64,000 nt of DNA from a virus (IMGVR_UViG_3300037743_000091); one strand, 5' to 3'. Counted from the first letter of the stretch, positions 9,057 through 18,131 are shown. Notes: a model not told the origin generated them from the letters alone. Numbers and translations are program-made.

Positions 9057-9176
9057 TCCCGAGGGTGTGGGACTGCGGCTCTCCACGATGCAACAGAAGC
9101 GAACGAAAGGAGTTCTACGAGACGTGACGAGAGAAGTAACGGCTCACGGAGAGCTTAGCTCTCCCTGCTCCCCCTG

Positions 9177-10829
9177 TCACTTCCCCGCCTGATCTCCCCG
9201 GATGTAGGCGAGCAAGGCGGTCTCGATCGACTCGCGCGTCAGGTGCGCCTTGCGAATCACCTCGTCTACCGATCCGGGGACCTCCACATTCCAGAACGTC
9301 ACGGATGGTCCTTTCTGGCCAAGACGGTTCAACCTGTCCCGCGCCTGCACCACGTCATCGCGTCTTTCGGACAATGAGGTAAATACAGCGTGCGAGGCAG
9401 ACACAAGTTCGTTCACGGCCAACGAGAGGGTTCGCATCTGGGCTACCAGGATGATTCGCTGCTTCTCGTCTGATCCGAACCGCTTACGTAGGGCCTCCCG
9501 TTCCTTCGGTGGCGTGTCACCCGTAATCGTCATGACCTCGCTTTTCGGCTCGTAATAACGAAGTCGATCAGCAAGTGCCGCGACTTCCTGACGGAAGTGC
9601 GCGAATACGACCACTCGTCGCTGCCCGGCAAGGGTGTCCATGACCGTACTCGTTGCGGCGTCCACCTTCGAGGACCCGATGATCCGTGTTACCCCGTTGT
9701 CATCGGGCAGGTAACCGCTCGTGATCTGGCGTAGGCGCATCATCTGGGCGAGGCGGTTCGGTACGGAAGCGAACGTTCCGTCAGACATGACTGTGGCAAG
9801 TTGCCCCTTCATATCGTCATAGGCACGCTGTTCGGCTGGTGACAGATGCACGGGAACCGTGATGTCCATAACCGGTGGTAGGTCGAGTGCGTCAGCCTTT
9901 CGGACCACGATGGAGTTGGCTTCCATGACCTTTTGCATTTCCCCGAGGTTCTTGTACGCGATGACCTGACGACCCTGCCATCCTCCGAATACCCCATACC
10001 GATCCTGGAATGCCCCGAAGGACATGGGTTTACGTCCGCCCGGAAGTCGGGAATCTGGGCTGTAGAACGCCTCAGGTTCGAGGAATCGCCACTGCGCCCA
10101 GACGTCCATAGGTGAGTGAGGCATAACTGTTCCAGTGAGGATCAGACGCCGGGGACACAGCCTGCCGATCCGCGCGGCGGCGCGGGATACGTTCGAGGAG
10201 GCGGACTTGAGCCGGTGGCTCTCGTCCACGATCACTAGGTCAGGCTGAAAAATCTTGATCGCATCAACCACCTTGTCTGTACTCGTGCGTGAGGCCGAGA
10301 CCTGCCTCTTGTGGCTCAGGGAGTCCAACGAGACCACTTCCAGCACTAGTCCGGGGGCTGACTGCCAAGGACCCTCGTAGAAGTCCCCCCAGTGAGCCCT
10401 CCTGGCGCGTGAAGTACTGGAGACCGCCTCACCCGTACGTGTGACCCCCGCCCATGAGATCGCTCGCCGTAGCCCCTCTGACGGGTCGCTGGACGATGCC
10501 CGACGTCCCGCTAGGGCTTCGGCGCGCTGGAGCACGGTTCCCCCCAGCGCTTCGGCCCACACCGCGACCCCGTGGGAGGCGAACCCGGAGGTCTGTCCCA
10601 CCCAGGAATCCAGGGCAACTACGGGTGCGAGGACAAGAACCCGGATCGATCGTTCCGCCTTGAGCGCCAAGAGCGAGGCGTAGTCGATAGCGACAGCCGT
10701 CTTCCCCGTCCCCGGTTCGAGGAGCAGGGCACAGCGCCCTCGTGTCTCGATGATCCTACGTAGAGCTTGCTTCTGGTGTTCGAACCGGACCGGCCCGCGC
10801 GGCCGGTACTGAATCCGCTTTTCTGTCAT
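9177..10829 (-). CDS. SNF2/DEAD-box-like helicase
   Basis: Walker A (PGTGKTAV) and DExH (VIVDESHRLK). 550 aa. Confidence 0.8.
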   Translation of the reverse strand: MTEKRIQYRPRGPVRFEHQKQALRRIIETRGRCALLLEPGTGKTAVAIDYASLLALKAERSIRVLVLAPVVALDSWVGQTSGFASHGVAVWAEALGGTVLQRAEALAGRRASSSDPSEGLRRAISWAGVTRTGEAVSSTSRARRAHWGDFYEGPWQSAPGLVLEVVSLDSLSHKRQVSASRTSTDKVVDAIKIFQPDLVIVDESHRLKSASSNVSRAAARIGRLCPRRLILTGTVMPHSPMDVWAQWRFLEPEAFYSPDSRLPGGRKPMSFGAFQDRYGVFGGWQGRQVIAYKNLGEMQKVMEANSIVVRKADALDLPPVMDITVPVHLSPAEQRAYDDMKGQLATVMSDGTFASVPNRLAQMMRLRQITSGYLPDDNGVTRIIGSSKVDAATSTVMDTLAGQRRVVVFAHFRQEVAALADRLRYYEPKSEVMTITGDTPPKEREALRKRFGSDEKQRIILVAQMRTLSLAVNELVSASHAVFTSLSERRDDVVQARDRLNRLGQKGPSVTFWNVEVPGSVDEVIRKAHLTRESIETALLAYIRGDQAGK

Positions 10830-10861
10830 GTTACATTCCTCCCATCACGCTATGTGTGACT

Positions 10862-10956
10862 TTTGTGAAACCCCAGGTCAGACCGGGTGCGCCGGATCGA
10901 TTATTTGTTTCCAACCACCCGGACCCCCTATAGGTACAGGTGGTTGGAAACAAATA
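10862..10956. repeat. Conserved hairpin element, copy 1: TTGTGAAACCCCAGG ... TTATTTGTTTCCAACCACC, loop containing CCTATAGG, then GGTGGTTGGAAACAAATAA
   Basis: Near-perfect 19 bp inverted repeat. The whole element recurs at 14830..14936, co-oriented with the transcript on each side of the divergent module. Confidence 0.5.
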
Positions 10957-10984
10957 AAAGAATCAGTGTCCGGTTCGACCCGGT

Positions 10985-13282
10985 TTATACCCATGGTGGG
11001 GCGTCGCTCCCGCCCGTGGAGTCCTCCCGGTTGAAGAGCGCCTCTAGAACATCCGATCCGGGTAGGGACTCCGGAGGTGTGTAGTCGGGGTCGAGGGAGA
11101 ACACGTGCGGAGCCCCTCGGGCCTTGAGCACTTCATCTCGTAGCTCTCCGGTGGCAAGCATCCGATCTCGGGCGTCCGTGATCTTGCGACGCCCGACTCC
11201 GGCCTGCCGTCCGGCTTCGCTCTGGATCGCAGCGGCAACCAACTCGTTCGTACGGAGAGGTTCGTCTACCTGGGCCAGAACTTCGCGTACGGCGTCCTCG
11301 GCTGCCGCTTCGGTTCCGGTGTCGATAACAATCGCCCCGTTCGCATCCGTACCGACTGAGGTGTTCACCGTGTCGGCCTTGTCCCCCAAGGTGAGCTTGT
11401 GGGTTAGCTCGTCGTGGATGACCTGGAACTTGTCCAGGTTCGCCGAACGTCCCCGAGCACGGATGTACCGGGCGGCTGTCGGATCGTCCGGGTCATCCGT
11501 GGATAGGTACACGATGTCGTCCGGCCAGTCCTCCAGTGCCGAGGAACCGCGAGCGCGGTTTCCGGACCAGCCGGAGTGTGCGGTCACGATGAGTTCTTTC
11601 ACTCCGGCATCCTCGCGAGACCAGCGAAGTAGTTCGTCCAGCCACTTTCGGGTCTCCCCGGCGGAGTTCTGGTCTTCCCCATCGAACGAGGCCCCGAACG
11701 TGTCCAGGATCAGCACTTCGCACGAACGCTCACGTAGCTTTTCAGCTAGCAACGCACGTCCTCGACGAGAGGCCAGTAGGTTCTTACGCCCGCGTAGGTT
11801 GAAAGGCTTGACTCGACGCATGAGTCCCACATCTCCATCGGAGATTCCAGCGAACCATTCGGCGATTTGTTTCGGCTCCATCTCGAAGTTCAGGAAACCC
11901 ACGGTAGCCTCCGCTTCGATGGGCTTTACGGCTCTGTCACCCATGAGCGGGGAGCCGTCCACGAGGCTTTTCGCTAGGTTGAGTACAAACGTACTCTTAC
12001 CCGTCTTGCGTTGCGCGGTAACCATTAGTACACCTCCTCCCGTCATGATTCCTTCGATACGTTGATCTACGTCTTGGGCATTTTCTAGGGCATCGGCGAA
12101 ATCCTCGAAATCATCGTCGATAATCGCTTTTAGGTCTTCATCGGATACGCCATCTCGATACCTTTCGCGAGCCTCTTCACGCACCCGCATTCGCAAGATT
12201 TCTTGCTCAATCAGGCGTTCAAAGGTCTTGCGGCTCCACCCTCCGACAACCTCGCTATCGGAATCGTTCTCTTCGGAGTCCTCTTCATCCGAGGATGACG
12301 GGGAGGATTCTTTTCCACCGTCCCCGATTTCAGGTGGTGGCAAATAATCGGATTGAGCATCGTCCCCGGTAGGGCGCTCGTACCCGTGATCCTTCTCGAT
12401 CTGGCGCACGAATTCCCGCGCCCGGTTCACGACGTCCTCCCCGACCATCTCGGCCAGCGTTGGCCAACCCTGAACCGGCTTACCGTTCTGGATCTTGCGG
12501 ACGGTGGACTCCACGACCTCGCTCGCGCGGTCCTCGCGGTCGTGGGTGAGGTCGCGAATCGCATCGATGATGGGTTCGACGTACGGGTGCCAGACCGAGG
12601 ACACGCGGCGCTTGTCACCGTATCCCTCGGCCAGGAGCGCTCCCGCCAGGGCTAGGTGTGCATCGTGGCGCGAGCCCTCTCCGGGCCACTCGATCACCAG
12701 CAGGGAGACCAAGGCCATGAGGCCGCATCGCGCGCGGAGTTGATCTCCGGGGATCACGCCAGGCGTGACGTCTTCCCCGCCCCACGGTTGCCCGTCGTCC
12801 CAGACGTATCGTTCCCCGTTCGGGTGAATAGACGCGGGGATGGCCGTTTGGTGCCCATCGCTACGAATCTCGACCAGGACGTCCTTGCCCTTACCGAACC
12901 GGTTCTTGTCCGGGTGCTTCCATACGATGCGCCCCGTGCCGAGGTCCGAGCATTGGTACCACCAGTGCGAGCGAGGAGACCCGACGCGCCCCGAGACGAC
13001 CTCGGTCGTTCCCGCGAGGAAGAAGCGCTCAGCTAGGAGGGTGGCCCGGGGCCAGTCGATATCCACGTCTACGAGGTGCCCTGAGCGTGCCCCGAGGATG
13101 ACCCCGACGTTGCCCGTGTGATCCTCGAAGGTCTCGCGCACCTCGGTCTCATCCGTGTAGGTGAGAGTTCCCCAGTCTCCGGCAGGCTTCTTGCTGCGCT
13201 CCTGGAGGGGTAGAGGCGTGTACCCACGGCGGTAGGCGGTTACGGCGTGCGTCAGGGCTTGGGTTCCGATAGGCTCGCTCAC
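10985..13282 (-). CDS. Bifunctional primase-polymerase (PrimPol N-terminus) fused to a P-loop helicase/ATPase
   Basis: N-terminal Prim-Pol signature (LPLQERSKKPAGDW ... VGVILGARSGHLVDVDID). Central Walker A (RKTGKSTFVLNLA). 765 aa. Confidence 0.8.
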   Translation of the reverse strand: MSEPIGTQALTHAVTAYRRGYTPLPLQERSKKPAGDWGTLTYTDETEVRETFEDHTGNVGVILGARSGHLVDVDIDWPRATLLAERFFLAGTTEVVSGRVGSPRSHWWYQCSDLGTGRIVWKHPDKNRFGKGKDVLVEIRSDGHQTAIPASIHPNGERYVWDDGQPWGGEDVTPGVIPGDQLRARCGLMALVSLLVIEWPGEGSRHDAHLALAGALLAEGYGDKRRVSSVWHPYVEPIIDAIRDLTHDREDRASEVVESTVRKIQNGKPVQGWPTLAEMVGEDVVNRAREFVRQIEKDHGYERPTGDDAQSDYLPPPEIGDGGKESSPSSSDEEDSEENDSDSEVVGGWSRKTFERLIEQEILRMRVREEARERYRDGVSDEDLKAIIDDDFEDFADALENAQDVDQRIEGIMTGGGVLMVTAQRKTGKSTFVLNLAKSLVDGSPLMGDRAVKPIEAEATVGFLNFEMEPKQIAEWFAGISDGDVGLMRRVKPFNLRGRKNLLASRRGRALLAEKLRERSCEVLILDTFGASFDGEDQNSAGETRKWLDELLRWSREDAGVKELIVTAHSGWSGNRARGSSALEDWPDDIVYLSTDDPDDPTAARYIRARGRSANLDKFQVIHDELTHKLTLGDKADTVNTSVGTDANGAIVIDTGTEAAAEDAVREVLAQVDEPLRTNELVAAAIQSEAGRQAGVGRRKITDARDRMLATGELRDEVLKARGAPHVFSLDPDYTPPESLPGSDVLEALFNREDSTGGSDAPPWV

Positions 13283-13419
13283 GCGTCGATGACTCCTTGT
13301 GTGTTGTCGCTAGTCGAGAGGTCTTCGTCAAAAACTCTCTCGACGGGTTCCATCAGGTTGGTACCTGACGAAGGGCCGTTCGGTTCGTCCGGACGGCCCT
13401 TCGTTGTGTCCTGAGTCAT
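13279..13419 (-). CDS. Small acidic protein (46 aa), first gene of the minus-strand operon
   Basis: ATG 13419 with GGGGAGAGAG RBS. GTGA overlap with the primase start. Confidence 0.4.
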   Translation of the reverse strand: MTQDTTKGRPDEPNGPSSGTNLMEPVERVFDEDLSTSDNTQGVIDA

Positions 13420-13439
13420 GCTCTCTCCCCTCGCTCCGT

Positions 13440-13500
13440 ACCGGGTCGATCCGAGCAGGTACATGATACATTGGTACACATCACACCAGGTCACCAGGAC
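13440..13500. promoter_or_regulatory. AT-richer divergent promoter region between the minus and plus operons
   Basis: Local GC drop (GTACATGATACATTGGTACACATCACACC). TG-TATCAT extended -10-like box on the minus strand. Confidence 0.3.
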
Positions 13501-13586
13501 TCCGGGAGGGTCCGGCACCGTGGCGTGACGCAACGCTACCGCACAGGTAGGACACCGTGCGCGGCGACCTCAACCCGGATCGATTT

Positions 13587-13622
13587 GATTTCGAACCAGT
13601 GCCTCGTAGGTGGTTCGAAATC
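13587..13622 (+). repeat. TTTCGAACCA hairpin, copy 1: GATTTCGAACCA, 12 nt loop containing CGTAGG, then TGGTTCGAAATC
   Basis: Perfect 12 bp inverted repeat in the leader of the Cas4-like gene. Related copies at 15223..15276 and 39454..39480. Confidence 0.45.
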
Positions 13623-13641
13623 AGCGATGGAAGGAACTCCT

Positions 13642-14802
13642 ATGGATAAGCAAGCTGCCCCGGCGACCCCCGACGAGGTGCTGTGGATCTCGCCGTCGCG
13701 CCTGAACACGTGGCGCAAGTGCCCCAAGGCGTACGAGTACAGCTACCTACGCGGCCTGACCGTCGCGCAGGCGGGGGCGCAGGTGGACCGCGAGTTGGGT
13801 TCGTGGTGGCACGCGGTGCGTGGTGCCGACTCGATCGCACGAGCACAGCGTCAGGACGATGAGCCCTTGTACGTCCCCCCGACACTCTCCACAGGTGACC
13901 TCGGCCCAGAACTACCCGTGACTCTCCAGACGAACGCCACGGCCGTCCTGGCAGCGTCTGAGAGCTTCTGGCGCACCCTGAGCACGGACGACCGGGACGC
14001 CTGGGTTCAGCGCACCGGGCGGGGGCTTCCGGAGCACCTGGCGGAGATGGACGAGAGATGGCGTGACGTGTGGGACGAAGCTTCGACCGGCGAGAAACTG
14101 CTCGCGGTCGAGTACCCGTTCGCTGTCCGGATCGGGACCACCGGGTACGGCCTGCGTGGTCGCGTGGACGAGATCTACTACGACGCGGAGCGGGATCTGA
14201 CCGTGGTGCGCGATCACAAGTCGAATCGGGACATTCCGCCCAGTGAGTCACTGGAGGACATGCTGGACGCACAGTTGCACCTGTACGCGTGGGCCGTGAG
14301 TCAAGCACTCGTGAAGGTGGACGCCGTGGCCTTCGACCGGGCTCGTTCGAAGCCCGCCGCGACCCCTACCCTCACCAAGTCCGGAAGCCTGTCGAAGTCG
14401 GTCACGGACTACGACGCGCTGGCCTACCTCGCGTTCACGGACGCCCCGGTCCCCTACCCGGGGCTCAAGAAGGACGGGTCCGGCGCGGGTGAGTACACGC
14501 GTGATGAAGACGTACTCGCGAAGCTGCGTACCCCCTCGGAGCGGGACAAGTGGAACCGGCGCACGCTCGATCCCGTGAACCGGCGCATGGTGCGCGGGCA
14601 CATGCGAGAGCTGTTGGCCTCAGCCGTGGACATGCGTCAGGCGCAGGAGCGCTACGCGCGCTCGACGGATGAGGGGATAGGGAACGCTCGCAACCTGTCG
14701 CGGTACTCGTGCAAGGGCTGTGACTTCCTGAGCCTGTGCCTCGACGAGCTGCGTACGGGGCTGATCCTGGAGCCGGACGAGTACGGGCTGCGGGTTCGGT
14801 AG
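13642..14802 (+). CDS. Cas4/RecB-family PD-(D/E)XK exonuclease with Fe-S Cys cluster
   Basis: N-terminal Cys (RKCPKAY), C-terminal C-x2-C-x5-C (YSCKGCDFLSLC) and D ... EIYYD ... DHK nuclease motifs. ATG with GGAAGGAA RBS. Confidence 0.75.
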   Translation: MDKQAAPATPDEVLWISPSRLNTWRKCPKAYEYSYLRGLTVAQAGAQVDRELGSWWHAVRGADSIARAQRQDDEPLYVPPTLSTGDLGPELPVTLQTNATAVLAASESFWRTLSTDDRDAWVQRTGRGLPEHLAEMDERWRDVWDEASTGEKLLAVEYPFAVRIGTTGYGLRGRVDEIYYDAERDLTVVRDHKSNRDIPPSESLEDMLDAQLHLYAWAVSQALVKVDAVAFDRARSKPAATPTLTKSGSLSKSVTDYDALAYLAFTDAPVPYPGLKKDGSGAGEYTRDEDVLAKLRTPSERDKWNRRTLDPVNRRMVRGHMRELLASAVDMRQAQERYARSTDEGIGNARNLSRYSCKGCDFLSLCLDELRTGLILEPDEYGLRVR

Positions 14803-14829
14803 ATCCTGTGAAAATCGGACATATCTCCT

Positions 14830-14936
14830 CCTGATTTTTTATTTCATTCCACCTCCCTCTACCTATAGGGAATCGGGGGTGGTTGGAAACAAATAATCGA
14901 GAATCAGGACCCCGTCTGACCTGGGGTTTCACACAA
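14830..14936. repeat. Conserved hairpin element, copy 2: TTATTTCATTCCACCTCCC, CCTATAGGG loop, GGTGGTTGGAAACAAATAA, then GTCTGACCTGGGGTTTCACA
   Basis: Matches copy 1 in the same orientation relative to transcription, immediately after the Cas4-like gene. Confidence 0.5.
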
Positions 14937-14967
14937 TCTACAAAATCTGTCATGGGAGGAACGTAAC

Positions 14968-15219
14968 ATGCCACTCCGCGTGCGGATCGACTACCCGGGG
15001 AGCACCCGGTATCCGTGGCGTCCTTGGCGGCTCGGCTGGGACCGGTACGGGAGTCGCGCCCTGTTCCTCGGGCTGCCCCGCTTCCGGTGCCTCGCGATCG
15101 TGTACCGCGAGTGCAGGGAGCCGTGTTGTCCATGCGAGTACCTGGAGCCCTACGGCTGCTCGGACTGCTACAACACGGGACACCTACATCTGTACGAACC
15201 GAAGCGGCCCCGGATTTGA
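14968..15219 (+). CDS. Cys-rich small protein (83 aa)
   Basis: ATG with GGGAGGAA RBS. 9 Cys including CCPCEY and CSDCYNTGH. Confidence 0.45.
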   Translation: MPLRVRIDYPGSTRYPWRPWRLGWDRYGSRALFLGLPRFRCLAIVYRECREPCCPCEYLEPYGCSDCYNTGHLHLYEPKRPRI

Positions 15220-15222
15220 TTG

Positions 15223-15276
15223 ATTATTTCGAACCAGTTAGGATGCGCCGTAGGCGCTCCACTGGTTCGAAATAAT
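15223..15276 (+). repeat. TTTCGAACCA hairpin, copy 2: ATTATTTCGAACCAGT, 23 nt loop containing CGTAGG, then ACTGGTTCGAAATAAT
   Basis: Perfect 16 bp inverted repeat directly after the stop of 14968..15219. Confidence 0.45.
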
Positions 15277-15387
15277 AATCAGCGAACCGGAGACCAACTC
15301 ATCTAGCTAGCTCCCCGGTACTCCGCTATACGGGTACCGGGTTAGTTATTCCCCCCGTTTGATATCAGATGGTCTCGGATCTTGTGG

Positions 15388-15409
15388 TAAGGTTACGAAC
15401 GTCAACAAC
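15388..15409 (+). promoter_or_regulatory. Degenerate copy of the promoter core (TAAGGTTACGAACGTCAACAAC)
   Basis: Two substitutions relative to TAATGTTACGAACGTCAGCAC. Upstream of the Sak4-like gene. Confidence 0.3.
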
Positions 15410-15446
15410 ACAGGTCATGGCGACGCCAGACCGGGGAGAGGCAACT

Positions 15447-16283
15447 ATGCAGATTGCTGGGCTTGACATGTTCGACGTCGGGGACGTCGGTGCGGACTAC
15501 GGGAGGTTCCTCCTCCACGGTCCTCAGGGATCGGGCAAGAGCTTCCTGGCCGCGACGATGGCCGAGGTCGGCCCCACGCTGTACGTGGACATGAGGGGTG
15601 AGCGCGGGACGCGGTCGTTCATCGGTACCCCGTACGCGAAGAACATCAAGGTGATCCGACCCAAGTCGATCCAACAGCTTGACTCGCTGTTCTACGCGCT
15701 GGACAAGGGCGATCAGGGGTTCAAGGCGGTGGTTCTGGACTCCCTCACGGCGGTGCAGAAGCTCACCATGCGCTTCCTGCTCGGGCACTCGGAGACGGCG
15801 GTTCGTGAGATCAGCCAAGGGGTTGCCCCGGCCGATCAACGTACCTGGGGCCAGGCGCTCGACATCATGAGCGATGTCCCCACGTTCTGGTACAGCCTCG
15901 CCGACGCGGAGCGTCCCAACCCCATGCACGTCATCCTCACAGCGCAGACCAAGGTCACGGAGGACGAGGTCAATCAGGTCACTTCCCGTGTTCCGGATGT
16001 TCAGCGCGGAGCGCAGTCGATTACGCTAGCCACTCCGGATTACATCCTGTACACAGATACAGAACTCGACTACGACAACCTGAACGATGAGGGTGACCCG
16101 GCTACCCGCCACATCGCCCGATTCGGAAACGATCGGGATTACCGAATCAAGGCACGAGTTCCGGCGCACCTCCACGGGAAGATTCCCCCGGTGCTCGGAC
16201 GCAAGGGACCGATGTCCCTGGTGACCCTGGGGCGCGCCCTCGGCCTGGGTGGTATCCCCGCCAAGCCTGCCGCCAAGAAGTAA
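15447..16283 (+). CDS. RecA-like AAA ATPase (Sak4/AAA_24-like recombination protein)
   Basis: Walker A (HGPQGSGKSF) and Walker B (VVLDSLT). Followed by a DUF669-like gene as in Sak4 modules. ATG with GGGGAGAGG RBS. Confidence 0.7.
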   Translation: MQIAGLDMFDVGDVGADYGRFLLHGPQGSGKSFLAATMAEVGPTLYVDMRGERGTRSFIGTPYAKNIKVIRPKSIQQLDSLFYALDKGDQGFKAVVLDSLTAVQKLTMRFLLGHSETAVREISQGVAPADQRTWGQALDIMSDVPTFWYSLADAERPNPMHVILTAQTKVTEDEVNQVTSRVPDVQRGAQSITLATPDYILYTDTELDYDNLNDEGDPATRHIARFGNDRDYRIKARVPAHLHGKIPPVLGRKGPMSLVTLGRALGLGGIPAKPAAKK

Positions 16284-16312
16284 CCAACAACAGCACAGAG
16301 AAACGAGCATCG

Positions 16313-16918
16313 ATGTACACACTGGATCTCACCGGGTACAAGGAGACGCTGTCTGCAACGGTTCCGGATGGCCGGTACCTCGTGCAGGTGGACGACTACG
16401 AACTCACCAAGACGAAGTCCACCCAAAAGGACATGTTCAACGTCTGGCTCCGGATCGTCGAGGGCGAGTACGCGGGGGAAGTCGTTATCGACCGCCTTAC
16501 CGTGACGGACAAGGCGCTGTTCCGGATCGTCGGGTTCCTCAACGGCCTAGGCATCCCGACTCCGAAGAAGCGCCTGGCCCTCGACCCAAACAAGTGGACG
16601 GGTCGCAAGGTGTGGGTGGACCTGGAGATCGGGGAGCCTTACCGAGGCCGTCCGGGCAAGTCCGAGGTTCGTGGGTACGTGCGCTACGTTCCCGGCGAGG
16701 CGGCTCCTCAAGCCGCGCCGGGTGACGTTCCTGGTACCGTGGAACGTCAGTCCACGCGGGACGAGCTGGACGAGTTCGCTACTGCTCAGGGTGTCGTGAC
16801 GGATACCCCGGCAGAGGCCGATACTCCGGCGACAGCCTCACCTTCGATCGCTGAGGCGGTCGAAGCGAAGGTCTCCGATTCGGAGACGATCAACCTCTCG
16901 GATATCGAGGGGCTGTAA
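16313..16918 (+). CDS. DUF669-like protein (putative ssDNA-binding partner of Sak4)
   Basis: Position after Sak4. Acidic disordered C-terminal tail typical of phage SSB-like proteins. 201 aa. Confidence 0.45.
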   Translation: MYTLDLTGYKETLSATVPDGRYLVQVDDYELTKTKSTQKDMFNVWLRIVEGEYAGEVVIDRLTVTDKALFRIVGFLNGLGIPTPKKRLALDPNKWTGRKVWVDLEIGEPYRGRPGKSEVRGYVRYVPGEAAPQAAPGDVPGTVERQSTRDELDEFATAQGVVTDTPAEADTPATASPSIAEAVEAKVSDSETINLSDIEGL

Positions 16919-17081
16919 CCTAAGACCCCTGGCGGGGAGTAGAGCGCGGTTGTGCTGACACTCAACTCCCTTCGGGTAGCTCCTCCCCGTCAGGTCCAGG
17001 ACCAGCGTCTCACCGTGGCAGGTAACCTGGTCCCCGACGCCCGCCGTGTGTTCTTCCATCCGCGCGGCGGGCGTCGTTCTC

Positions 17082-17153
17082 GCTGGTCTGGCTGATCGGT
17101 TAGGTGCTCGCCTGCAAAGCGAGATCAAGCGGGTTCGAGTCCCGCCACCAGTT
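17082..17153 (+). tRNA. tRNA-Cys(GCA), tentative; D-arm atypical
   Basis: T-arm GCGGG-TTCGAGT-CCCGC. Anticodon arm CTCGC-CTGCAAA-GCGAG. Acceptor 6/7 paired. Confidence 0.4.
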
Positions 17154-17154
17154 C

Positions 17155-17226
17155 GGCCCGTTCGTCCAGCGGTCAGGATTCCGGACCTTCACTCCGGCGA
17201 CAGGGGTTCGACTCCCCTACGGGCTA
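17155..17226 (+). tRNA. tRNA-Glu(TTC), with C at position 33
   Basis: Acceptor GGCCCGT/ACGGGCT. D-arm GTCC..GGAT. Anticodon arm CCGGA-CCTTCAC-TCCGG. T-arm AGGGG-TTCGACT-CCCCT. Confidence 0.5.
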
Positions 17227-17227
17227 C

Positions 17228-17299
17228 GCGGTATTGGTCTAGTGGTTAAGGCACCAGGCTTCCACCCTGGAGACCCGGGTTCGATTCCCGGATACCGCT
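17228..17299 (+). tRNA. tRNA-Gly(TCC)
   Basis: Acceptor GCGGTAT/ATACCGC. Anticodon arm CCAGG-CTTCCAC-CCTGG. T-arm CCGGG-TTCGATT-CCCGG. Confidence 0.75.
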
Positions 17300-17300
17300 C

Positions 17301-17373
17301 GTCGCGTTCGTCTAGTTGGCCAGGACGCCGGTCCCTCACTCCGGAAACACGGGTTCGAATCCCGTACGCGGTA
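17301..17373 (+). tRNA. tRNA-like gene with an atypical, apparently 9-nt anticodon loop; identity unresolved
   Basis: Acceptor GTCGCGT/ACGCGGT. D-arm GTCT..AGGA. T-arm ACGGG-TTCGAAT-CCCGT. Anticodon region GCCGG-TCCCTCACT-CCGG. Confidence 0.4.
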
Positions 17374-17383
17374 CTGTCGAGAA

Positions 17384-17704
17384 ATGGCGCAACCTGAAAC
17401 CCTCCTGGTTAACAAGATCCGGGCCGCAGTCAAGAAGAAGTACCCTGACTCCGTCAGCTTCAAGGTTCACGGAGGCCCCTATCAAACTGGGGGAGTTCCT
17501 GACCTCCTGGTCTTCCTCAACGGCAAGGTGGCCGGATTCGAGGTGAAGAAACAGAAGCTTGGGGAGTCGGAGGAACATGCGCGGGAGCGCGCGACCCTTC
17601 GTCAACGCCTCCGGATTGACGCCTTCCGCAAAGCCGGGTGCCGCGCGGAGGTCGTGCTCTCCGTAGGCGAGGTGCTAACCGTCCTCGCGGACCTGGATAC
17701 GTAA
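17384..17704 (+). CDS. VRR-NUC domain nuclease
   Basis: GVPDLLVF ... GFEVK core of the VRR-NUC (PD-(D/E)XK) fold. 106 aa. Confidence 0.7.
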   Translation: MAQPETLLVNKIRAAVKKKYPDSVSFKVHGGPYQTGGVPDLLVFLNGKVAGFEVKKQKLGESEEHARERATLRQRLRIDAFRKAGCRAEVVLSVGEVLTVLADLDT

Positions 17705-17725
17705 CCATCCTGTTATCTCCCTGGG

Positions 17726-17769
17726 TTGCTAACTCCTGTGACTTCGTGTAATGTTACATATGTCAGCAC
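17726..17769 (+). promoter_or_regulatory. Conserved promoter/operator element: -35 TTGCTA, 17 bp spacer, -10 TAATGT, then TACATATGTCAGCAC
   Basis: Canonical spacing. 25 nt upstream of GGAGG + ATG 17795. Confidence 0.6.
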
Positions 17770-17794
17770 GGAACACCGAACCACGGAGGTCACC

Positions 17795-18046
17795 ATGAAC
17801 AGCACCCGCGAGGAACTGACCCAGGGCGTCAAGTCGTTCAGCGACAAGCTCCTGAACGACCTGCGGAACTCCGCGCACATGGACCGAGCGAACCTGGTCG
17901 AGAACATCACGGGCTACACGATCCCGGAGCGCTCGGAGAAGATCATGCACGTGGACACGATCATCTCCGTGATCGAGGAGGAGCAGGCGCGGCGTAGCGG
18001 ACTCGCTTCTTCGGGGGAGATCCTGGCAGCGTTCGGCGCGAACTGA
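17795..18046 (+). CDS. Hypothetical protein (83 aa)
   Basis: ATG after ACGGAGG RBS. Promoter-proximal. Confidence 0.5.
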   Translation: MNSTREELTQGVKSFSDKLLNDLRNSAHMDRANLVENITGYTIPERSEKIMHVDTIISVIEEEQARRSGLASSGEILAAFGAN

Positions 18047-18131
18047 CTCGCCCGGTGACGGCCCGCTTCTGCGGGACGTTGCCGAGTGGGTTAGCCCGCT
18101 ACGTCAGCACAACTACCGAAAGGAACCCACC

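Noticed and set aside
13640-14308. 222 aa minus-strand ORF antisense to the Cas4-like gene
   Set aside because: Arg/Pro/Ala low-complexity. The plus strand carries a coherent nuclease with conserved Cys motifs.
13587-15276. Possibility that the GGTTCGAAAT hairpins mark an attP/integration core (tRNA T-arm-like sequence)
   Set aside because: No integrase or recombinase gene in the window. The sequences are internal inverted repeats, not a single core shared with a tRNA 3-prime end.
17104-17397. 97 aa plus-strand ORF across the first tRNA cluster
   Set aside because: It overlaps four cloverleaf-forming tRNA sequences. The reading frame is incidental.
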